Shown one piece after another: positions 9,731-19,238 of a DNA stretch of 50,426 bases. The DNA is from Candidatus Poseidoniales archaeon. GTDB lineage: Archaea; Thermoplasmatota; Poseidoniia; Poseidoniales; Poseidoniaceae. The first letter of the stretch is position 1, and the number at the start of each line of letters is the position of its first letter. The position numbers were made by a program, and so were the translations under genes. Location of the stretch: contig QQSI01000017.1 of NCBI GenBank assembly GCA_003602645.1, positions 24,040 to 74,465 on the forward strand, written 5' to 3'. The notes beneath the pieces are model-generated. The model was given only the letters and a program-made list of their open reading frames with translations. It did no database searches and was not told where the DNA came from.

Positions 9731-10411
9731 ATGGTGCGTGTTGGCTTGGCCATGTTACAAGGCGCTCGCCATGAACACATCGAGGCCCTGCACGGTGCGG
9801 CTTTGGAATTGGGCATCCAAGTCGAAGTTGTAGAACTGCGGCGGGGAGATCAAGTGGACGGAAATTTAGACGCCCTCGTCTTACCTGGAGGAGAATCGAC
9901 CGCAATGAGGAAAGCAAGTGAGAGCGAGGCTTTGCTCCCAGCCCTGTATACGTGGATGGACCAACATCCGAACCGCCCAGTCTTAGGAACCTGCGCGGGC
10001 GCCATCCTTCTAGCATCACCGGGGGGCGAAAAAGAACCTTACATTGCGACAACTGTTTCTCGAAATGCGTGGGGTCGCCAACGCCAATCGTTTGAAGCCT
10101 CGCTTTCAGTTGATCTTGAAGTGCCAGATGGTTCAGTTTGCGACCCGCATATCGCTCAAGCAGATCGCTTCAATCATCGCCCCCTTCCGGTAGGTCCAAT
10201 CGATGGTTCAAACGAAGGTGACGCATTCCATGGCGTGTTCATTCGAGCTCCTCGGTTTGAGTCCTCTTCAGTCCAATGTCAAGCAATCGTTCATCTGGAT
10301 ACAGAAGTTGTGGGTGTCCTTGATGGTGCTCGTATGGCCCTGACTTTTCACCCTGAATTAACCACTGACCGAAGATTCCACCGCTGGCTTCTCGACCGTG
10401 CTGAAGACTGA
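9731..10411 (+). CDS. pdxT: Pyridoxal 5'-phosphate synthase glutaminase subunit PdxT
   Basis: MVRVGLAMLQGARHEHIEAL start, PGGESTAM, nucleophile GTCAGAILLA, FHPELT catalytic His. No pdxS in the window. Confidence 0.88.
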   Translation: MVRVGLAMLQGARHEHIEALHGAALELGIQVEVVELRRGDQVDGNLDALVLPGGESTAMRKASESEALLPALYTWMDQHPNRPVLGTCAGAILLASPGGEKEPYIATTVSRNAWGRQRQSFEASLSVDLEVPDGSVCDPHIAQADRFNHRPLPVGPIDGSNEGDAFHGVFIRAPRFESSSVQCQAIVHLDTEVVGVLDGARMALTFHPELTTDRRFHRWLLDRAED

Positions 10412-10472
10412 TTCTCATCCAAGAACCAACGACGGTTTGAAACCACATCGCTGGTTGGACAGTTTGAGTTCT

Positions 10473-11558
10473 ATGGCAACCTTGCTACCAATGGCGACCG
10501 AAATTCTCCCTGCGGAAGAGGGGGAAGCGGAAGGCTGTGTGCAATGTCAAATGGGAAGTAAACTTGTCCTCTTCGTGACTGGTAAATGTCATTGGGGGTG
10601 CGATTACTGTCCCCTCTCGGATAACCGTCGTGAATCGCCTGATATGTTTGCTAACGAACGTCGCTGCTCCACTTGGGATGAAGTGATTGAGGAAGGTCGT
10701 GCAATGAGAGCAACAGGGACCGGGATTACCGGTGGCGATCCGATGCTGGATTTGGAACGATCTCTCGAAGCTGTCAAGCAACTCAAAGCAGCCTTTGGCG
10801 AAAAACATCACATCCACCTTTACACCTCAATCCCATTCCAAATCGAGCATGCATCACGGTTCGGTGATGCTGGTCTTGATGAAATTCGATTCCATCTGCT
10901 TGATGGTACGGTTGGCAAATATCTTGCAGTGATGCAGGCATGTGTTGATGCTGGGATTGAGGTGGGTGTTGAGTTGCCGTGTGAGCCAGACAAAGAGCAA
11001 CAATTGTTTGCTTTGCTCAATCAGTTGCACGATTCCCCAGTTTCATTCCTCAACCTCAACGAACTTGAAATCACGGTTGGCAATCAAGACAATATGGATG
11101 TTCGAGGGTTCAATCTGAGCGGGGGAATCACTGCCGCAGCGGAAGGATCAGCCGATTTGGCCTTACGCCTCAAAGATGCAGCTCAACCTCTGGACTTCCA
11201 CCTCAAATTTTGTTCTGCACGCTACAAAGATGCAGGTCAATTGAGGGCGCGATTCCGTCGAAGAGGCCAAGCAACCCTACGTCCATATGAAGTGTTAAGT
11301 GAAGACGACACCATTATGTTCGGGGCAATCCCAACTTTGCTTGATGATGCTCAAGATGATGTTGCAGAATTGAAGAAGGCATTGAATATTTTAGACGGTT
11401 GGATTCGCTACAATGCTCAATTTGAACGCATTGAACTTCCGCTTTCGTTAGCCGAAGAATTAGCACCCATCCTGTCTGTGCCCGTTTTGTTGGTGGAGGT
11501 GCACCCAACACACGACCGGCTCGAAGTCGGCATGGTTCACCTCAATGATCATCGCTGA
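10473..11558 (+). CDS. Radical SAM protein (COG2108-like, related to pyruvate formate-lyase activating enzymes)
   Basis: CX3CX2C cluster CHWGCDYC preceded by CVQC, and a GGDP SAM-binding motif. ATG at 10473 (track start 10398 is a GTG overlapping pdxT). Confidence 0.8.
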   Translation: MATLLPMATEILPAEEGEAEGCVQCQMGSKLVLFVTGKCHWGCDYCPLSDNRRESPDMFANERRCSTWDEVIEEGRAMRATGTGITGGDPMLDLERSLEAVKQLKAAFGEKHHIHLYTSIPFQIEHASRFGDAGLDEIRFHLLDGTVGKYLAVMQACVDAGIEVGVELPCEPDKEQQLFALLNQLHDSPVSFLNLNELEITVGNQDNMDVRGFNLSGGITAAAEGSADLALRLKDAAQPLDFHLKFCSARYKDAGQLRARFRRRGQATLRPYEVLSEDDTIMFGAIPTLLDDAQDDVAELKKALNILDGWIRYNAQFERIELPLSLAEELAPILSVPVLLVEVHPTHDRLEVGMVHLNDHR

Positions 11559-11586
11559 ATAGGGTCCAAGGAAGCCAACGGCGAGG

Positions 11587-11593
11587 CTTATAT
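11587..11593 (+). promoter_or_regulatory. TATA-like box for tRNA-Val
   Basis: TTATATC ~30 nt upstream of the mature 5' end at 11622. Confidence 0.4.
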
Positions 11594-11621
11594 CATCGGT
11601 GCTTTAGGACAGGCTACCTTA

Positions 11622-11697
11622 GGGCTCGTGGTCTAGGGGTTATGACGTCGCCTTCACATGGCGAAGATCGCCGGTTCAATTCCGGCCGAGCCCACCA
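11622..11697 (+). tRNA. tRNA-Val (anticodon CAC), with genomically encoded CCA
   Basis: Acceptor GGGCTCG/CGAGCCC. Anticodon stem TCGCC/GGCGA with loop TTCACAT. T-arm GCCGG-TTCAATT-CCGGC. Discriminator A, then CCA. Confidence 0.9.
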
Positions 11698-11863
11698 ATT
11701 GATGTCGGAGGCCGAATTGCTCCAGTTCCAACTGTTCTGCAATCCAGTGAAAGGCACACCGATGTGTTTTGAATTTCTTGAAATTTCAGTGTTGTGTTCC
11801 GGCTAAAAAATTTCATGACATTTATCCATCATCTTCAATAGAACACAGCCTTTCATTGACGAC

Positions 11864-13330
11864 ATGGGCCTCTTGGACCAAGCAGATTTCTCTGTTTTCA
11901 AGCAGGCAGAGACTTGGAAGGCTTTTGGCATCGCAGCCTTGATGTTTGTCTCCATATCGTTTGCAGCCCTTTCCATGTTTGACAGCATGGATGAAGTGTT
12001 TGCCTCCGATGCGGATCCCATCCCAATCCCAAACCTGACTTACGAATCCCTCAACCGAACTGGGATTGAGTCAGATGTGACAAACGAAACCGGTTGGATC
12101 AATCTTGATGACCATCGCGGTGACATCATTATCCTTGATTTCATGGCTCACGATTGCAGCAACTGTCACAAGGTGCAAGAACACATCGAGGAGAACATGA
12201 ATGATTGGATGGAAATGGCCAACGCATCGGGAAATACCCTCAAAATCTTTGGTTATGGTGCGTGGTATGATGAAGCGCTCGAGTACCTGAATGAAACATC
12301 AGGATCATATCATGTTCCAGCCTATCCAACAGGTTTGGGCAGCACCAACGCCGCACAAATTGCAAACAATTCAACCACAGATCCAGTGCGCCTCTTCACC
12401 ACAGGGGGTACAGGGCAAATTCCAATTGTGATGGTGCTCGATTCCGAGGGTTACATCATCGCGAAAGAAGCTACTGGTACCCCGAAAGACAAATGGTCAA
12501 AATTTGATGGGGTCCTCGAAAAGGCGCTCACTGGAACCGTTGAAGACACCATAGATTCACGCATTGCTTGGGAAGAACCCGGGACATCCTATGTCGCAGT
12601 CTTCGTGCTCGGCATGGTGCTCTCTATTCTCGTGTACTTCTCTCCATGTGCCTTCCCAGTCTTGCCTGGCTTCATCTCATATTACCTCTCATTAGGGGCG
12701 CGAGAAGATGAACTGATTGCTGAAGGGAAACTAAAAACAAAAATGCCTTCTTCGTGGGTCATCGGTTTGCTTTCTGGTTTTGGCATGTGGACTTTCTTTG
12801 GCATTATTGGCATCCTCGCCATTGTCATGGGTGAGGCCTTTGCTGCCTCTGGATTGATTCATTGGATTGCAATCTTCATTGCTGTGCTATTGGTGGTTTT
12901 GGGATGCATGATGCTGATTGGGATCACATCCAAGCTGATGGGCTTTGTTGATCGTTTCGTAAGCAAATACAGCACAACCGAAGCCGACGAAACGTTCACT
13001 CCACGGCGAAACATGTACCTCTATGGATTTGGGTACGCTGCGGCATCCATCGATTGCACAGCAGCAGCAGTCCTGCCATTTGTTCTCTACTTGAGCACGC
13101 TTGGTCGATCAGCAATTGGCGTTGGAATTGGCGGGTTGATGCTTGGCTTGTTGGTGTTGATGATTTTTGTTACCGTCACCGTGGGCATGGGTCGCCAGGT
13201 GATGATCAACTTCCTCCGCCGCTCGACAGGCATGATCAAAATGGTTGGTTCCTGGATGATGATCATGGCTGGTATTAGCCTCACCCTTTACCTAACGAAC
13301 TCTCCTTTGGTCAGCTTTATCTTTGGCTGA
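11864..13330 (+). CDS. Thioredoxin-like (CxxC) domain fused to a CcdA/DsbD-type thiol-disulfide transmembrane electron transporter
   Basis: N-terminal signal anchor. Redox motif DFMAHDCSNCHKV. The CcdA motif FSPCAFPVLPGFISYY is followed by multiple TM helices. Confidence 0.85.
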   Translation: MGLLDQADFSVFKQAETWKAFGIAALMFVSISFAALSMFDSMDEVFASDADPIPIPNLTYESLNRTGIESDVTNETGWINLDDHRGDIIILDFMAHDCSNCHKVQEHIEENMNDWMEMANASGNTLKIFGYGAWYDEALEYLNETSGSYHVPAYPTGLGSTNAAQIANNSTTDPVRLFTTGGTGQIPIVMVLDSEGYIIAKEATGTPKDKWSKFDGVLEKALTGTVEDTIDSRIAWEEPGTSYVAVFVLGMVLSILVYFSPCAFPVLPGFISYYLSLGAREDELIAEGKLKTKMPSSWVIGLLSGFGMWTFFGIIGILAIVMGEAFAASGLIHWIAIFIAVLLVVLGCMMLIGITSKLMGFVDRFVSKYSTTEADETFTPRRNMYLYGFGYAAASIDCTAAAVLPFVLYLSTLGRSAIGVGIGGLMLGLLVLMIFVTVTVGMGRQVMINFLRRSTGMIKMVGSWMMIMAGISLTLYLTNSPLVSFIFG

Positions 13331-14089
13331 TCATGGTTCCATTGCAGCATCGAAGCGAGCCGCATACTCATCTGTTGCCACCCTGTCGAGCACTGGTTTC
13401 ATCCAGTACTTCCACACGAGGTAGGCATAGAGCAAGCCCGTAACGACATCCCATAGGTAGTGTTGTTTGGTGAACATGGTTGACAAAATCAGCATAGCCC
13501 AAGCGAAGAGAAGAATGCCTTGGGCCACTTTGACTTTCGGAGTGTGAGATGGGTACCAATAACGGAGGATGAGAACGACTTGTGTGCTCTGGACCACATG
13601 AAGAGAAGGCCATGAATTCCAAGGGGTGTCAATCGAGTGCATGAAGGCATAGAATGGATGCCAAAAATCCCCATCTTGAAGTTGGTCTTGGATCGGACCT
13701 CGCAAGTCGATTTCCACCGGGAAAAGGAGAAAAGCAGCAAAGACAAACCAGCAACTGATGGTCATCATTTGATGAAAAATAATGTTCTGTCGCCACATAT
13801 TATCATTTTTGTTACCAAGAAATGCAGCGGCTGGATAGTAAAAGTAGAGCGTGATGTAAGGGATGAACATCCATGGGATGAAGGCTAAATTAGTGTCAAA
13901 GGCAATCTCTGGATCAAAGGCAGTCCTCTGCAAATAGTTGGAGAGGTGGTTGATTGATGTATAGGGTATTGCGTTGAACACACCCATCATCAGAACAATT
14001 AGGATTGTGAGTCTGCGCTTTCCCCATGTAGAACGCTTGGTCCAATGGTGCTTCCAGAACCACCATGGTTCGCTACCGAGAGCTTTCAT
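13331..14089 (-). CDS. PAP2_3 / sphingomyelin-synthase-like lipid phosphotransferase family membrane protein
   Basis: Polytopic membrane protein with SWPSLHVVQS and KQHYLWDVVTG (SxH and HYxxDV motifs). ATG at 14089; the track start 14134 is TTG. Confidence 0.7.
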   Translation of the reverse strand: MKALGSEPWWFWKHHWTKRSTWGKRRLTILIVLMMGVFNAIPYTSINHLSNYLQRTAFDPEIAFDTNLAFIPWMFIPYITLYFYYPAAAFLGNKNDNMWRQNIIFHQMMTISCWFVFAAFLLFPVEIDLRGPIQDQLQDGDFWHPFYAFMHSIDTPWNSWPSLHVVQSTQVVLILRYWYPSHTPKVKVAQGILLFAWAMLILSTMFTKQHYLWDVVTGLLYAYLVWKYWMKPVLDRVATDEYAARFDAAMEP

Positions 14090-14139
14090 GGCTCCTCGTG
14101 GTTTGCTTTGTGGTGTAAATATAGCGCCGTCCAATCAAA

Positions 14140-15099
14140 TCAAATTGGAGTTTCTCGCTGCCGTTTCGCAGCTTGAACTGCGTTGAACATCTCAAGGGCT
14201 TGTTCCATTCGCACTTGCTTTTGGCGTTCGCTTTCCATCGCAAGACGCTGAGATCGTTCATCCTCACTTCGCCACAATGCCTCAAGGGTTCGCAGCTCCT
14301 TCAATTTAGCCTCTGCCTCGAGGGTTTGATCGCCTCGAATCTTAGCACGTGCTACTTCAATTTCACATTCGATTGTTCGTAAAGCGACCGCTTGGCGCAT
14401 CTCAATCGCTTCTTGGGTTGCTTCAGCGTTCACACGCTCATGACCGAGGTGTTGCTGTGTAGCGCGTTGGTGCGCTGCGAGGCGTTCGTTAGATGTCACA
14501 TCTGTGACAAGATATGCATTGTGGAATGTCAGTCCTAAGGCTGCCAGATGGGGGCGTAAAAGAACCTCGGCCTTCATTGCGAATGAGGACTGAAACAACT
14601 CGTCTCGGAAGGATTCATTGCCATTGCTTGTAGCGTAAGCTGTTGCGATGAGACGGTGATTAAGATGCTCGTGGAGAAGGTGAGTCAAATCCTTACGCGT
14701 GATGGTGGGTGCGTGGTTTGCGAAATAATTCAACATCTTTGGCAGATCCTCTTTGAGCATTTGTAGCCGAAGACGGACATGGCCACTGAATTCTTCACCA
14801 TCTTCGTTGATCACTTGATACGGCACTGCCAAGTCAAATGGACCTGTCATCCCGAACAGGACATGTCGCTCGGCTGCTGTTGCCCTCATTAGGGAGGCGA
14901 GGTAGCGTGGAAATCCTCCTCCAATTTGACTGATGCTTTGGTCGGAGAAAATTGGACTCAATTGGCCATTAACGATGAACGTGCACGCTTCGTTCGGTTT
15001 CAGTGTGACCCGACGGGTTCGCCAAGTTTTGATGTCATTACCATCGATCAGTCGTGCTAAAATGTCGGGCGATGTTCTCCATTTGTATGTGTGGGCCAT
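14140..15099 (-). CDS. SPFH/band-7-like domain protein with a C-terminal coiled coil
   Basis: The N-terminal ~190 aa resemble COG4260-type SPFH proteins (VTLKPNEACTFIVNGQLSPIF...). The C-terminal E/A/R/Q-rich heptad region is flotillin-like. 2 nt downstream of the preceding gene. Confidence 0.6.
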   Translation of the reverse strand: MAHTYKWRTSPDILARLIDGNDIKTWRTRRVTLKPNEACTFIVNGQLSPIFSDQSISQIGGGFPRYLASLMRATAAERHVLFGMTGPFDLAVPYQVINEDGEEFSGHVRLRLQMLKEDLPKMLNYFANHAPTITRKDLTHLLHEHLNHRLIATAYATSNGNESFRDELFQSSFAMKAEVLLRPHLAALGLTFHNAYLVTDVTSNERLAAHQRATQQHLGHERVNAEATQEAIEMRQAVALRTIECEIEVARAKIRGDQTLEAEAKLKELRTLEALWRSEDERSQRLAMESERQKQVRMEQALEMFNAVQAAKRQRETPI

Positions 15100-15101
15100 T
15101 T

Positions 15102-15656
15102 CTATTTCCTCCTCTTCCTTTGTCGTAATCCATCGAGAATCATGATTCGTTCAGAAAAAAGACCACCAGAACTTGTCACCATTTGTTGGCAGCGATGAAT
15201 CAGGCGCTCGATCTCCTCGGATTCACCCTGATGACCGTACTTTCGTTCGGCTGCGTTCGCTATGTTGGTCGCTTTGGTCACCATGGTGATCACTTGGTGG
15301 TCGTGATGGATCAAACGCTTGAGATCGGTGTTACTCAAAATCCGTTGACCTGAAAAAAAGGAACGCGAAAGTCCGGATGAGGCTTTTGACACATCTTCAA
15401 TGAAGATGTCAAGGGTGGAGCAGCATCTTTTAGCGGCCATTGCCAATTCGATTCGAGAGGCTGTGGCAGCAGCGTCGTGGAGGTTTGTCATGTGATTACG
15501 AGTTCTGCGAGCAGCCCGAATCAGTTCATTCCTGATCGCTTTATCTGCCGCCCTGCGTTTTCCTTTTGTGTAGCCCTCATACCCTGCCAATACCGCCTGC
15601 AAACCACGAAGGTACGGGAGCGCATCAATCGGAGTGACCACCATGTTCAATACCAT
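15102..15656 (-). CDS. Hypothetical all-helical basic protein (184 aa)
   Basis: ATG start, no TM segment, no family recognised. Its stop lies 2 nt from the SPFH-like gene start, so the two are probably co-translated. Confidence 0.55.
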   Translation of the reverse strand: MVLNMVVTPIDALPYLRGLQAVLAGYEGYTKGKRRAADKAIRNELIRAARRTRNHMTNLHDAAATASRIELAMAAKRCCSTLDIFIEDVSKASSGLSRSFFSGQRILSNTDLKRLIHHDHQVITMVTKATNIANAAERKYGHQGESEEIERLIHRCQQMVTSSGGLFSERIMILDGLRQRKRRK

Positions 15657-15714
15657 ATTGTACTCTGTTGAGCAAGTATATGATGCAAGGGCTTGGGCAC
15701 CTCAGGGGTCCCAG

Positions 15715-16356
15715 TCATTCCTCTTCAATCACAGCAATCATGGAGTCCCATGTGATGACCCGATCTGCAATGAGTTCGGCCTCTTCTGGATCATGGGTCA
15801 CATGGATGGATGCAATCGAACGTTGCTTGAGCCATTGACGCGTTTGAACCGCTAATGACCTTCGGGTTTCCAAATCCAAAGCTGAAAACGGCTCATCCAA
15901 CAAAAGAACCTCTGGATCACCTAACAACGCCCGAACCAAAGCCACACGTTGTGCTTCCCCTCCTGACAAGGATTCAACCGCTCGGGTTTCGAAACCACCC
16001 AGTTCCACGGAGATTAATTCTTGTTCAATTCGTTTCTTTTTTTCCTGCTTGGTGAGTGGCTCACTAAAACCAAGTGCTATGTTTCCTGCTGTGTTGAGGT
16101 GTGGGTACAGAATTGGATTTTGAAACAAATAACCGATCGATTCTGTGCCACGCTGATGAGCGATTCGTATGGTCCCGCTATCTGCTTTCTCCAATCCGAC
16201 AATGCATCGAAGAAGCGTGGATTTTCCACAGCCACTGGGTCCCAAAATGGCAACAATTTCGTTCGCGTTGAGTTGAAGCGACAATCCTTCAAAGACCTTG
16301 ACTTCATCAAAATTCTTGGAACTTCGTTCAATCTTTAGCACGAATTCTTTTTCCAT
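15715..16356 (-). CDS. ABC transporter ATPase (ThiQ/FbpC-like, no C-terminal regulatory domain)
   Basis: Walker A GPSGCGKST, signature LSGGEAQRV, Walker B LLLDEPFSALD, H-loop VTHD. Abuts the permease gene. Confidence 0.9.
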   Translation of the reverse strand: MEKEFVLKIERSSKNFDEVKVFEGLSLQLNANEIVAILGPSGCGKSTLLRCIVGLEKADSGTIRIAHQRGTESIGYLFQNPILYPHLNTAGNIALGFSEPLTKQEKKKRIEQELISVELGGFETRAVESLSGGEAQRVALVRALLGDPEVLLLDEPFSALDLETRRSLAVQTRQWLKQRSIASIHVTHDPEEAELIADRVITWDSMIAVIEEE

Positions 16357-18105
16357 TCAAAATCCTCCTCCTTCACCTTCATGCCTGAACCGCTCAGCCA
16401 CCAAAAACAAAAGGAATGTGATAGCCATGAGCACCGTTGCCGCGGCCATTGCGGCTGGTTGGACGAGCGGATCGAACTTTGGTCTTGACATCAACTGATC
16501 AACGACAACAGACAATGTGTCCCAAGAACCAGCTCGAACAAGCAACCATGATGCTCCAAATTCTCCCAAGGAAAAGGCGAGGGTAAGCGATGAGGCCACG
16601 ACCGCAGGTCCGCGCACAAAGGAAAAGTGACCGTGGTACCATGTTTGGTATCGGTTAAGGTTCAACACCTGAGCCTGTTCAATCCACTTTGTTTCAACAG
16701 AACGTATGGCTGGAAGCATCACTCTCACAACAAAGGGAGTGGTGAGGATCACATGCGGCACCACTGGCAGGTAACCCCATTGAAAGAGTTCAGGCATTAA
16801 CCTAAGGACGCCAAGAAGAACGCCCAGGCCAACCATAACTGCCGACACTGCTAACGGCAACAGCGTCAAAACATCCAATGCTTTGGCAGTTTTGAACCTC
16901 TTTTCCTTTTCAAGAGCATGAATAGTGGAAGCCAAAAACCAGCCCGTTGGCAAAGCAACACACAACGTGCACAAAGCATAGAGCAGTGAATTAGCAAGTG
17001 CGTCACCAATGCCCATGGTGGCTAAGTCCCCACTCCAAGCAGCGCTCCAACCTTCGAGGCTCCAATCGTAAGAAAATCCTGAACCGAAATTCCCTTTGCG
17101 AACTTTGAAGGATGCAATCAATGCTGTCAACAATGGTGCCATGGCAAAGACAACACCTGCGTAGACGATGATTTTAGCACCCGGCGGGGGACGGCCTCGC
17201 AGCGATCTAGCGTTCCCCTCAGAGACCAACGAAAAACGGGTTGAATGTCGTTGTTGCATGCTTGAAGTCATGTAGAGTGCGAACAGCAGGATCAAAAATT
17301 GAATCATCGATGCAGACATGACAATTTCGCTTGTGTCCACTCGATAGCCTTCGATGCCCGCAGACCCACCATAGGTTGCCATAAGGGATTCCAAGGTGTT
17401 GTTGAACGGTGAAAGCCATTTGACGAGCGCAAATGAAGTGAATGAAAACAGAAAACTCAACGACGCAGCACACAGAACTGCGGGTCCCAATACCGGCCAC
17501 CATAGGTGTCGCAGGCGGCCGAATCGGGTTTTGCCTTGGCCGAGCAGGGTAAGTTGTTCTTCCCATGCAGGGTTCAGGCGAGCCAATGTTGGTTCAACAA
17601 ATCGGATCATCAGGGAGAGGTTGAACCAGGCATGAGCAAACACAAGGGCAATGAAATGCCCGGGGTGATCCCATCCAGTCAAGCGTGCAAGCTCGCCGAT
17701 GACACCTGTTTCTGTTCGCAGATCAATGCCAATCTGAAACAAGGCGCTTTCGCTGTTGGTGAGCAGTAAAAAACCCATTGCAGCAACAATTGCAGGCATG
17801 ACAAAAGGCACTGAAAAAAGGGCCCTTAGACCGCGGGCGTTTTTCCATTCATATCGGCCCAAACACCAAGCGATAGGCAAGCCGAGGAGTACAGTCAGCA
17901 TCGCAGAAACCGATGCTTCCAACAGCGTGTAGGTTAGTGCTTCGGCTCCACCGTAGACTTCATCGAAGCGCATCAAAGCCTCGAAAGGAGTATGACCCGT
18001 CACGAAGGCCAATCTTCTCAATGCATAGATGAATGGCAAACTGGCCAAAAAGAGGTAAGCACTCACTACGCTTGCTCTTAACAACCACACAGAGGATCGA
18101 AGCAT
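16357..18105 (-). CDS. ABC transporter permease with duplicated domains (ThiP/FbpB-like)
   Basis: About 580 aa with two tandem 6-TM permease halves, typical of thiamine and Fe(III) importers. ATG at 18105 (track start 18126 is TTG). Confidence 0.85.
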   Translation of the reverse strand: MLRSSVWLLRASVVSAYLFLASLPFIYALRRLAFVTGHTPFEALMRFDEVYGGAEALTYTLLEASVSAMLTVLLGLPIAWCLGRYEWKNARGLRALFSVPFVMPAIVAAMGFLLLTNSESALFQIGIDLRTETGVIGELARLTGWDHPGHFIALVFAHAWFNLSLMIRFVEPTLARLNPAWEEQLTLLGQGKTRFGRLRHLWWPVLGPAVLCAASLSFLFSFTSFALVKWLSPFNNTLESLMATYGGSAGIEGYRVDTSEIVMSASMIQFLILLFALYMTSSMQQRHSTRFSLVSEGNARSLRGRPPPGAKIIVYAGVVFAMAPLLTALIASFKVRKGNFGSGFSYDWSLEGWSAAWSGDLATMGIGDALANSLLYALCTLCVALPTGWFLASTIHALEKEKRFKTAKALDVLTLLPLAVSAVMVGLGVLLGVLRLMPELFQWGYLPVVPHVILTTPFVVRVMLPAIRSVETKWIEQAQVLNLNRYQTWYHGHFSFVRGPAVVASSLTLAFSLGEFGASWLLVRAGSWDTLSVVVDQLMSRPKFDPLVQPAAMAAATVLMAITFLLFLVAERFRHEGEGGGF

Positions 18106-18122
18106 GGTCGAGGGTTCCCTCC

Positions 18123-19238
18123 TCAAGCTTGTTCAGTTGCGGTTTTCCACGCATCTAACCAGTTGTCCATATTCTCTTCGATTTCCTCATAGGTCATGGT
18201 CGTGACAGCACTTGGCACGTCTGCGTGGTAGCGGTAACCATTGGTTTCCGGAAGGTCTGTGCCCTCAAGTACCGAATACATGAGGTTGTTTTCGGGCATG
18301 TTGACGTTGACTTCATTCGAGAGCAAGAATTCCATGAACTGATTCGCTCCATCAATCTGTGCTGCACCGTTGATGATGCCTGCATACTCGATCTGGTGGA
18401 AACTTGCATGGTCCAAAACTAGTGAGGTCGAATGTGTGTAATTCTCTGCGTAGTATGCTTCTACCCCTGGTGAGTGGCAGTACGATACCGTCATCCAAGC
18501 ATCGCCAATGTAGCCTTCAGTGTACTCTCCGTAACCTCCTGTGTAGTGGGTTTCGTAGGCTTCAGTCCAACCCGTGGTAATGATTGCGTCGTTGTCCACC
18601 ATGTCGGTCCACCACGCCATAGCATCAGCATTGCCCTGCTGGTCGAAGTATTCCACAGATGCGACCAAGAAAGCCCGCCCAGGCGAGGAGGTCACGGGAG
18701 AAGGAAACGCAACCTTGCCTTTCCATTCCTCTCCTGTCAACTGCTCAAGACTTGTTGGAACGGACATGTTTGCCTCACTCAAAGCGTCTTCATCATAATT
18801 CAGACATACATCTCCCTGGTCAAAAGGAAGCGCAAGTGGCCCGTCGTAGAAACTTGAGGCTGAACTGGAAATATTTTCTGCTGATGCATCGTAGGCTTGA
18901 AGCAGACAGTTTGCGATTGCGGTTGGCAGGTATGTGTTGTCTAAGCCGATCATCAAATCTGCCTGTTGTGCCTCTTTCGTCAACATCATCTGATCGAGGA
19001 TTCCTCCTGCGTCATCGACTTTGATCATCTCAACCTCGATTCCGGTGTTGTTGGTAAATTCATCAGTGAGAGCATCCGACAATGCGGTAATATCGTATGT
19101 CAAAATTCGCAGGACGCCATCATCGGCATGTCCCGCAGGCAGGACCACACATTCTTCTGTGGAATCGGTTTGTTCGATGCAACCAGCCAATGGTGCTCCA
19201 AAAAGAACAATCAGAACCATCACAAATGCTGCTTTCAT
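18123..19238 (-). CDS. ABC substrate-binding protein (ThiB/TbpA-like), lipobox-type signal
   Basis: Signal MKAAFVMVLIVLFGAPLAGC. Acidic periplasmic-binding-protein-like body. ATGA overlap with the upstream regulator gene. Confidence 0.8.
   Translation of the reverse strand: MKAAFVMVLIVLFGAPLAGCIEQTDSTEECVVLPAGHADDGVLRILTYDITALSDALTDEFTNNTGIEVEMIKVDDAGGILDQMMLTKEAQQADLMIGLDNTYLPTAIANCLLQAYDASAENISSSASSFYDGPLALPFDQGDVCLNYDEDALSEANMSVPTSLEQLTGEEWKGKVAFPSPVTSSPGRAFLVASVEYFDQQGNADAMAWWTDMVDNDAIITTGWTEAYETHYTGGYGEYTEGYIGDAWMTVSYCHSPGVEAYYAENYTHSTSLVLDHASFHQIEYAGIINGAAQIDGANQFMEFLLSNEVNVNMPENNLMYSVLEGTDLPETNGYRYHADVPSAVTTMTYEEIEENMDNWLDAWKTATEQA

Noticed and set aside
9673-9816. N-terminal extension of the aminotransferase ORF (track start 9816)
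   Set aside because: It would overlap the divergent pdxT coding region by ~85 nt. It would also add a Cys/Arg-rich peptide upstream of the conserved LVPGPV start region.
11698-11863. Possible small RNA (such as a C/D box sRNA) in the 166-nt gap after tRNA-Val
   Set aside because: There is only an imperfect C-box-like GAUGAUGG on the minus strand, with no matching D box or terminal stem. The short repeat gaaatttcttgaaatttc is low complexity.
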